Assembly: GCA_043753995.1 (NCBI GenBank)
Contig: JAYUVP010000253.1
Span: forward strand, 1 to 21,588
DNA from: Fibrobacterota bacterium
GTDB lineage: Bacteria > Fibrobacterota > Fibrobacteria > UBA11236
DNA length: 21,588 nucleotides
Direction: 5' to 3'
The notes beneath the pieces are model-generated. The model was not told the DNA's origin. It ran no database searches and worked only from the letters and a program-made list of their open reading frames with translations. A program made the position numbers and the translations under genes. Shown in pieces: positions 15,103-21,588 of this stretch; positions within the stretch are counted from its first letter, which is position 1; every line of letters begins with the position of its first letter.

Positions 15103-16940
15103 GCCGACTCCAAATTGGCGAGCCAATTCTCGCGCACTTGTTTTAAAAGCGGGGCAATGCCCTGCGAGGAAAAATCAAAGCGCAAACCGGCACCTTCGAA
15201 AAGCCCCCGTAACCCACGCGAGCCCCCTAGGGCAAGGCCTTGCTTATACCAGGTCAAGGCTTGCTTTTCGTCCTTGAGTGAGTTTTGCCACACTTGTAAA
15301 GCACCAAGTTGGGCAATGCCGTATTCGATGTAATAGAAAGGCACTTCGAAGAGATGCAATTGGCGATGCCAACCATTGGGCCTATAGGCTTCAAGCCCGC
15401 TCCAATCGACATTGGCGGCATAAAGGCTTTCCAGCTCTATCCACTTGGCGCGACGAGCAGCTTGATCATGCGGGGTGGTATAAATCCAATGTTGGAAGGA
15501 GTCGATGAGGGCCACCCAGCAAAGCAGGCGAAACACTTCTTCATCGGCTTGGCGTAGCGAGCGTGCCTTTTCCTCGGGCGTATAAAACTCCTCTAGGAAA
15601 CGCGCGCCAAGTCTTTCCATAGACATGGACGCGACTTCGCTGAATTCCATGGGAGCCGAGCGATTGAAGGGCGGATTCCAAGCGCGTGCCTGCAAGAAAT
15701 GAAAGGCATGCCCACTCTCATGCAAGAGGGTATAAACATCGCCATCCATGCCTACGGCATTCATGAAAATGAAAGGCTGGCGGACTTCGGAAAGGCCGCA
15801 TTGATAACCGCCCGGAGCCTTGCCGTGGCGATTTTCCAAATCCATGACGCCGAGATCGACCATGCCCTGATACATGGCGGCCAATTCGGGATCGAGTTGG
15901 GAAAACATGCGTCCCACGCCCGATACCAAGTCCTCTGACTTGGCGAAAGGCTTGAGCGGCGGACGCCCCAGGGGATCGCAGCTCAAATCCCAAGGCCGTA
16001 ATTTCTCCAAGCCCATTTGTTTTTGGCGCAAGGCCAGCGCTTCGCGATAAACCGGCACCACGGCTTCGGCGACGGACTTGTGATAGGCTTTGCAATCGTC
16101 AGGGCCATAATCGGTGCGCAAATAACCTTTGAAGGAATAGTCGACAAAATCAGGTAAGCCTAGGTTGCGCGCCAATTCGCCGCGCAATTGCAGCATGCTG
16201 TCAAAGAGATCATCGAGTTTTTGCGCGTCTTGCAAACGGCGTTCCGCCGAAGCCCGCCACGCTTTTTCGCGTATGCTGCGATCGGGGTCTTGCAAAAAAG
16301 GCGCAAGTTGGCTGAGGGTTTTTCTTTCCCCATTCCATTCCACCGACATGGCACCGCAGGTTTTTTGATAGGTCTGGGCCAGGCGCGAGATTTCGGTATG
16401 CAGGGGAATATTCGCTTCGCAAAACAAAGCGATACTAGCATTCACCGAGCGCTTCCAAGGGCCATAAACTTTTTCATCCAAAGGCGCGAAGGCCGCATGG
16501 CTTTGCGCGATGCGATTGAGGCGATCGTAAATCGGCGCGAGCAGGGGATCGATATTTTCGACAAAATGCATGTAAGCCGCTTCACGTTCCTTGTCGGAAG
16601 TGTCACAAGTCATGAGTATGTAGCGGCGGCTCGATTCCTCGCCGAGAGCATCACCGAATTCCCACCAGTCTTCCAACCATCGCATATAGGTGGCGGAGTC
16701 TGGCAAAACGCGATTTTCTAAATCGGCGAGCAGGGGCTCAAGAGCCCCCCAGGCGCCTAAATCAATTCCTTCGGGAACGAAACGACGGGGAAATTCTGGG
16801 GACGGCCGCTTCAGTCTTTGGGCCCATTCCGGCATGCCATTCTTAGGCAATTCCAAGGTCGGGCCACCTTCGGGGGCATGGGGGGCGAGGCGGGTCAAAG
16901 GAGAGGCGGAAGGAACGGAATTAATGGGTAGGGAAGACAT
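15099..16940 (-). CDS. M3 family oligoendopeptidase (M3B, PepF-like)
   Basis: GKAPGGY, PFIFMN, zinc motif HESGH, EFSEVASMSME and HLFEVPFYYIEY. Confidence 0.95.
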   Translation of the reverse strand: MSSLPINSVPSASPLTRLAPHAPEGGPTLELPKNGMPEWAQRLKRPSPEFPRRFVPEGIDLGAWGALEPLLADLENRVLPDSATYMRWLEDWWEFGDALGEESSRRYILMTCDTSDKEREAAYMHFVENIDPLLAPIYDRLNRIAQSHAAFAPLDEKVYGPWKRSVNASIALFCEANIPLHTEISRLAQTYQKTCGAMSVEWNGERKTLSQLAPFLQDPDRSIREKAWRASAERRLQDAQKLDDLFDSMLQLRGELARNLGLPDFVDYSFKGYLRTDYGPDDCKAYHKSVAEAVVPVYREALALRQKQMGLEKLRPWDLSCDPLGRPPLKPFAKSEDLVSGVGRMFSQLDPELAAMYQGMVDLGVMDLENRHGKAPGGYQCGLSEVRQPFIFMNAVGMDGDVYTLLHESGHAFHFLQARAWNPPFNRSAPMEFSEVASMSMERLGARFLEEFYTPEEKARSLRQADEEVFRLLCWVALIDSFQHWIYTTPHDQAARRAKWIELESLYAANVDWSGLEAYRPNGWHRQLHLFEVPFYYIEYGIAQLGALQVWQNSLKDEKQALTWYKQGLALGGSRGLRGLFEGAGLRFDFSSQGIAPLLKQVRENWLANLESA

Positions 16941-16993
16941 ACCCCTAAAGTAGAAAGCCCTTAAATACCCTTTTGCTACCTTGGCGCGGCTCC
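16941..16993. promoter_or_regulatory. Compact divergent promoter region between the M3 peptidase gene and prfC
   Basis: 53-bp AT-rich spacer. Minus strand: TACTTT (16947-16952) 6 nt before the peptidase ATG. Plus strand: extended -10 TGcTACCTT (16974-16982) 11 nt before the prfC ATG. Confidence 0.5.
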
Positions 16994-18568
16994 ATGGACC
17001 CGATGATTGCCGAGATACAGAAACGCCGCACTTTTGCGATTGTCAGCCATCCTGACGCCGGCAAAACCACCATCACCGAAAAGTTTTTGCTTTTCGGCGG
17101 GGTCATTCGTGAAGCCGGTCATGTGCGCGCCAAGGCCGGCCGCAAGCATACCACCTCGGATTGGATGAAAATCGAGCAGCAGCGCGGCATCTCGGTTTCC
17201 TCTTCGGTACTGTCCTTTCCTTATCGCGACTGCCATGTCAATCTCGTCGATACCCCCGGCCATCAAGATTTCTGCGAAGACACTTACCGCGCCTTAACCG
17301 CCGTCGATTCGGTTTTGGTTTTGCTCGATGCCGCCAAAGGCGTGGAGCCCCAAACCATTAAGCTGATGGAAGTTTGTCGCCTGCGCCGTACCCCCGTCAC
17401 GGTTTTCATCAATAAGCTCGATCGCGAGAGCCTGGATCCGCTTTTTCTGATGGATGAAGTCGAGCGCGTCCTGGGCGTGAAATGCAGTCCACGCACCTTG
17501 CCCATTGGCAGTGGCTCGGCCTTTCAAGGCGTTTACAGCTTGCGCGACAATACCGTGCATCTCTTTGATCGCGAAGCGGGTGAAGCCGAGGTGCGGCAAG
17601 TCTCCGGCCTCGACGACCCCAAGCTCGACGAATGGTTCGACGCCAAATACCTGGGCGAATTCCGCGAGCAAGCGGCCTTGGCCCAAGGCGCGCTTTCGAC
17701 CTGGGACCGCGAGGAATACCTGCGCGGCGAATTGGCCCCGGTCTATTTCGGATCGGGCATCAATAATTTCGGTGTGAAGCATTTGCTCGAAGCCTTTGTC
17801 GAATACGCGCCTTCGCCCATGCCACGCGAATCTGCCGAACGTGTGGTCGAGGCCACCGAACCGCATTTTTCCGCCTTTGTCTTTAAAATCCAGGCCAATA
17901 CCGACCCCAAGCATCGCGACCGCATTGCCTTTCTGCGCGTGTGCAGCGGCCGCTTCGATCGCGGTACCAAGGTCTTGCATTGCCGCACGGGCCGCCAAGT
18001 GCGCCTAGCCGCTCCTACCCAGCTCATGGCCAATGAAAAGACCGTGGTCGACATCGCCTATGCCGGTGACATCATCGGCGTGCACGATGCCGGCTTATAC
18101 AGCATTAGCGATACCTTGAGCGATGGGGAAAAGCTGGCTTTTACTGGCATACCCGATTTTGCTCCGGAGCATTTCGCCAAGGTCTATCTCGAAGATCCTT
18201 TGAAGAGCAAGCAGCTCGATCAGGGCTTGCGCCAGCTATCCGAAGAAGGAGCCACCCAGCTTTTTATACCGATTTCCGGGCGTATCCCAGTCTTGGGCGT
18301 GGTGGGCGTTTTGCAATTCGACGTCATCAAGTTTCGCCTCGAAGAGGAATATGGAGCACGTTGCCGCCTCGAACAATCGCCCATATTCGGCGTGCGTTGG
18401 ATAGAAGGCGATGCCGTAGCCATCGCGGAATTCCGGGCTGAGCATATCTTCGACATGGCCACCGACAAACGCGGCCATTTGGTCTATTTGGCCCCCAATG
18501 AATATCGCCTAGCCACGATCGAAAAAAACCACAGTAAGCTCGTCTTTCACAAATTCCACCAGGAATGA
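16994..18568 (+). CDS. prfC: Peptide chain release factor 3 (524 aa)
   Basis: RRTFAIVSHPDAGKTTITEK, SDWMKIEQQRGISV, DTPGHQDF, NKLDR, FKIQAN-DPKHRDRIAF and GVLQFDV. Start placed at ATG 16994. Confidence 0.97.
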   Translation: MDPMIAEIQKRRTFAIVSHPDAGKTTITEKFLLFGGVIREAGHVRAKAGRKHTTSDWMKIEQQRGISVSSSVLSFPYRDCHVNLVDTPGHQDFCEDTYRALTAVDSVLVLLDAAKGVEPQTIKLMEVCRLRRTPVTVFINKLDRESLDPLFLMDEVERVLGVKCSPRTLPIGSGSAFQGVYSLRDNTVHLFDREAGEAEVRQVSGLDDPKLDEWFDAKYLGEFREQAALAQGALSTWDREEYLRGELAPVYFGSGINNFGVKHLLEAFVEYAPSPMPRESAERVVEATEPHFSAFVFKIQANTDPKHRDRIAFLRVCSGRFDRGTKVLHCRTGRQVRLAAPTQLMANEKTVVDIAYAGDIIGVHDAGLYSISDTLSDGEKLAFTGIPDFAPEHFAKVYLEDPLKSKQLDQGLRQLSEEGATQLFIPISGRIPVLGVVGVLQFDVIKFRLEEEYGARCRLEQSPIFGVRWIEGDAVAIAEFRAEHIFDMATDKRGHLVYLAPNEYRLATIEKNHSKLVFHKFHQE

Positions 18569-18717
18569 CTCTCGGTTGCAACAAGGTTGAAGCCGAAGCC
18601 TTCAGGAATTTTCCTTTGCTTGACCTCTAAGTCCAAATCTGACGAGTTTTTACATAAAATCAAGCGTCAGTCTCGCCTGAGTGATTTACACTAAGCGCGA
18701 CTTTCCAGGGACCACGG

Positions 18718-20559
18718 ATGTACGCTACTCATCACCGTTTTCATGTTCCCGTCATGGGCACCGGTTTCACCATTGACACGCCCCTTCGCGTAGCCCGTTT
18801 CGGCATCGCCTCGGTCGTCTCACTTGTGGACGACATTCTCATTGAGCGCATTCGCAAGCACTATTGCAAGGTTTATGGCCGCGAATACAAGGTCATACCC
18901 CAAAGCGATGCCGATGCGCGCGCCAATCGCATCACGGCTTATTTCAACTTGGTCGACGAAATCGTCCATGAGCAAATCGATGCTATTCGTGCCTTGCCCT
19001 TCGAAGCGGGCAATGACAAAAGCAAATACTTCGAGCTTTTGCCCGAATCCTCCCCGGTCAAACAACTCTATCTGACCTTTCTCGGCACCCAAGACGCCGC
19101 CGAGCGCGACAAGTTGGCCGCCGAACTCAATCCGCTCATCTTGCCGGGCTCTATTGACGGCAATATCATGACCAAGCTTGATCGCGCCGAATACGAAAAA
19201 GACGGCACGCTCAAGTCCGCCGAATTCTCCCATGCCAAGGCGGCGTTGCGCGGTTATGCGCGATCCACCGTGAGCGGAAATATGGTCATGAGCGCGGGCA
19301 TCAATCCCACTCTCTATGGCTATCTCGAATCCTTCCCCGACTTTTATCGCCAAGGCGCCGAAGCGCCGCGCAAAGGCTTGATTCTCAAGGTTTCCGATTA
19401 TCGCTCCTGCATGGTGCAAGGTCGCTTTCTCGCGAAGAAAGGCATAGAAGTCCGTGAATTTCGCATTGAATCCGGCTTGAATTGCGGCGGCCATGCCTTT
19501 GCCAGCGACGGTTATTTGATGGGGCCTATTCTCCAAGAGTTCCTCGACAATCGCAGCCGCTTTCCGGAAATGTTCGAGCCTGCTATTGCGACCTATTACA
19601 AGAAACAAGGGCGCGAATATCCGGCCTCGGCCATGAACCGCGACATCCCTGTGACCGCCCAAGGCGGCATAGGCAACCATGGCGAGGTTCGCCGCCTTTC
19701 GGAGTTCTACGGTCTTGACGCCACAGGTTGGGCCAGCCCTTTCCTCTTAGTCCCTGAAGTGACGGCCCTCGATCAGGCCACGCGCCAACAGCTCGTGAAT
19801 GCCAAGGAAGAAGACCTTTACCTTTCCGACGTTTCGCCTCTCGGCGTGCCCTTCAATAACTTGCGCCTCTCCTCCTCGGAAGTGTGGAGCCACAAACAAA
19901 TTGAAACCGGAAGACCCGGCTCCGCTTGTCCCAAAGGATATTTGCAGGCCAATTTCGAATTCACGCCAACACCGATTTGCTCGGCTTCCAAAGACTTCAT
20001 GCGCCGCAAGCTCGACGTCCTGGGATATGAAGCTGCACCGAAATCCGAAGAGGCCAATGCCCAAGTGCAGGGCATTTATGTCAAGCAATGCATTTGCGAT
20101 CAGCTTGCCAATGGCGCCTTGATTCAATTGGGTGAAATGGCTGCGTCTCAACCGGTCGCCGTTTGCCCTGGTCCCAATATCGCTTACTTCGATCGCCTTT
20201 ATACCCTGCGCGAAATGGTCGACCATATTTACGGACGCGGCCCATCTCTGGTGCCGGAAAATCGGCCCCATCAATTCGCCAAAGACCTGCAAATGACCCT
20301 GGACTATTTCAGCAAGATGGCGGACAAGCATCAGCTGGGAGATGCCAAGGGCTTAGCCTATTTGCTTGAGTTCAAGCGCAATATCGAAGCCGGACTCCAC
20401 TATTATCGCGAATTCGTGACCCAGCCTGCCTTCGCTGGCGAAAATCTGGCCTCCCTGGCTGTTGCCATAGAAGAACACGGTCGCCGCCTGAGTGAAATCT
20501 GCCGTCAACGTTTGCCCATTGAGGAAAGTCAAAGCAATAAAACCCAGGTCGAGGCCTAG
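18718..20559 (+). CDS. Conserved hypothetical protein, probable FMN-dependent TIM-barrel oxidoreductase with Cys cluster (613 aa)
   Basis: Long ORF with genome-typical GC-ending codons. Motifs RIESGLNCGGH, VTAQGGIG, TGWASPFL, SPLGVPF, CPKGYL...PIC...QCICDQL parallel NMO/FabK/FabX-family motifs. The CDS is certain, the function is inferred. Confidence 0.75.
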   Translation: MYATHHRFHVPVMGTGFTIDTPLRVARFGIASVVSLVDDILIERIRKHYCKVYGREYKVIPQSDADARANRITAYFNLVDEIVHEQIDAIRALPFEAGNDKSKYFELLPESSPVKQLYLTFLGTQDAAERDKLAAELNPLILPGSIDGNIMTKLDRAEYEKDGTLKSAEFSHAKAALRGYARSTVSGNMVMSAGINPTLYGYLESFPDFYRQGAEAPRKGLILKVSDYRSCMVQGRFLAKKGIEVREFRIESGLNCGGHAFASDGYLMGPILQEFLDNRSRFPEMFEPAIATYYKKQGREYPASAMNRDIPVTAQGGIGNHGEVRRLSEFYGLDATGWASPFLLVPEVTALDQATRQQLVNAKEEDLYLSDVSPLGVPFNNLRLSSSEVWSHKQIETGRPGSACPKGYLQANFEFTPTPICSASKDFMRRKLDVLGYEAAPKSEEANAQVQGIYVKQCICDQLANGALIQLGEMAASQPVAVCPGPNIAYFDRLYTLREMVDHIYGRGPSLVPENRPHQFAKDLQMTLDYFSKMADKHQLGDAKGLAYLLEFKRNIEAGLHYYREFVTQPAFAGENLASLAVAIEEHGRRLSEICRQRLPIEESQSNKTQVEA

Positions 20560-20585
20560 GGTCGGCGTATGTTTATTTCATGTGA

Positions 20586-20598
20586 AATCAATGACTTA
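20586..20598 (+). promoter_or_regulatory. IHF-consensus site
   Basis: AATCAA-TGAC-TTA matches WATCAANNNNTTR exactly. A near copy in inverted orientation lies at 20712-20724. Confidence 0.4.
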
Positions 20599-20633
20599 GA
20601 GCTGTGAATAGACGGGGGATTGCCGTGAATTCC

Positions 20634-20658
20634 CCGGGGAAACCACCGCTTTCCCCGG
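20634..20658. repeat. Perfect 9-bp inverted repeat (GC-rich hairpin)
   Basis: CCGGGGAAA-ccaccgc-TTTCCCCGG, with no U-tract on either side. Confidence 0.6.
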
Positions 20659-20854
20659 CCTGTCCCGCCACTTGCCCCTTTCGCCTCGCCCCGCCCAGGA
20701 GAGCTAAGGCATAAGTCCTTGTTTTCAAATAGTTTAAGCGATTATACCCGCCTATTTGGGTTTAATCGCTGTCCTCTCCAATTCCGCTAAGCCCACCCTG
20801 AATCTGACCTTTTCTTAATCGATTTCCCTTCTGACCTTCCGGTAGCATGAGGGC

Positions 20855-21588
20855 ATGTTTGGGCCTTCCTTTTCTCCCTCACCTTCAGCCTGCTTATCAG
20901 CCTATTGGGTCGGGCTAGGCTTATCGGCTTTCTTCGGAATGGCCTCGGGGCAAGGGCTGAATGACCTCACGAGCGACAACTTCGAAGCCGAAGAAAAACT
21001 TTATGCCCAATTCGACTTGCAGGCACGTTGTGACTTGGCGCGCTCCTTACTCGAAAAAGGCGAATATGCCGCGGGTTCCTTAGAGCTGGAAAAGGCCCTG
21101 GCGCTCGGTGCCGATGCCTTCACCATGCATGCCTTGCTTTCCACCAGCTACCTGATGTCAGGCGACCTGGCGCGTGCCTCGGCGCATTTGTCGGCGGCTC
21201 ATGTCTTGAGTCCCGACAATCCGGATCTATTGGCCTTAGAAGGACAATTCGAATTGTCCTTCGGCAATCGCCATCGCGGCGAAGCCTTGCTCGAACAATT
21301 GGTGGCCATGCAGCCTGAAATACCCGAGGCGCGACTTCTGTTGGTGCGCAGCTATTTGCATACCGCCGACCTGGAAAAAGCCAAACCTCATCTCGGTTAT
21401 TTGCTGTCCCTTGAGGAAGGGCCCTTCACCCTTACCGCACTCATTTTCAAGGCACGCTATGACGGCTTAAGTGGTAAGTATGAAGAGGCATTGCAGGCTG
21501 CGACCGAGGCCTATGCGCGCGAACCCAGTGCCCTGGAGGGGGTGAGGGAATATGGCTTAGCCTCTTTGCATATGCAGCGCTATGATGC
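20855..21588 (+). CDS. Tetratricopeptide-repeat protein, probably exported; 3' end beyond the window (absent from the ORF track)
   Basis: Hand translation from ATG 20855 is open to the window end: MFGPSFSPSPSACLSAYWVGLGLSAFFGMASGQG...DLARSLLEKGEYAAGSLELEKALAL...LSPDNPDLLALEG...AMQPEIPEARLLLVRSYL, consistent with tandem TPR helices. Confidence 0.82.
   Translation, partial: MFGPSFSPSPSACLSAYWVGLGLSAFFGMASGQGLNDLTSDNFEAEEKLYAQFDLQARCDLARSLLEKGEYAAGSLELEKALALGADAFTMHALLSTSYLMSGDLARASAHLSAAHVLSPDNPDLLALEGQFELSFGNRHRGEALLEQLVAMQPEIPEARLLLVRSYLHTADLEKAKPHLGYLLSLEEGPFTLTALIFKARYDGLSGKYEEALQAATEAYAREPSALEGVREYGLASLHMQRYD

Noticed and set aside
17294..17998. 234-aa minus-strand ORF within prfC
   Set aside because: Antisense shadow of a conserved gene.
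18629..18670. CTGACG...CGTCAG inverted repeat upstream of the 613-aa gene as a riboswitch or operator
   Set aside because: Only 6 bp with a weak interior, and no match to riboswitch consensus I can recognise, including the FMN riboswitch.
18820..20331. 286-aa and 194-aa minus-strand ORFs within the 613-aa gene
   Set aside because: Antisense shadows. The plus-strand frame carries the conserved motifs.
20560..20854. Possible replication origin (IHF site plus TGTGAATAG resembling a DnaA box)
   Set aside because: Only one imperfect DnaA-like box, no clear unwinding element and no origin-associated genes.
20847..20918. Short ORF from ATG 20847 as a possible leader peptide
   Set aside because: 23 codons with no special codon pattern. 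Its ATG overlaps the putative -10 box, and the long frame starts at 20855.
1..21588. CRISPR arrays, tRNA/rRNA genes, transposases, prophage or defence genes
   Set aside because: None seen. The window is almost fully tiled by the listed CDSs, and intergenic gaps lack regular repeats or cloverleaf motifs.

Overview
Gene-dense bacterial chromosomal window (about 55-58% GC by eye) with no CRISPR array, rRNA, tRNA or transposase. Left: a minus-strand nitrogen assimilation pair, glnA (type I-beta glutamine synthetase with the adenylylatable Tyr) followed by a large glnE. This glnE is atypical: it starts with a GlnD-like tandem ACT module, and its two nucleotidyltransferase halves appear to be in reverse order relative to E. 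coli GlnE. Next is dcd, head-to-head with a plus-strand cluster of four exported proteins of unknown function: TPR protein, Fn3-like secreted protein, FecR-domain protein and a probable outer-membrane beta-barrel. This converges on a minus-strand run of M3 oligoendopeptidase, M20 dipeptidase, ThiO/DadA-type FAD oxidase and a stand-alone Cache/PDC-like protein. Right: prfC, a 613-aa protein with NMO/FabK/FabX-type FMN-barrel motifs plus a Cys cluster, a palindrome-rich 295-bp intergenic region and a truncated TPR gene. Several genes have a TANNNT hexamer 6-11 nt before the ATG, suggesting leaderless or near-leaderless transcripts. All family assignments come from motif recognition, not database searches.
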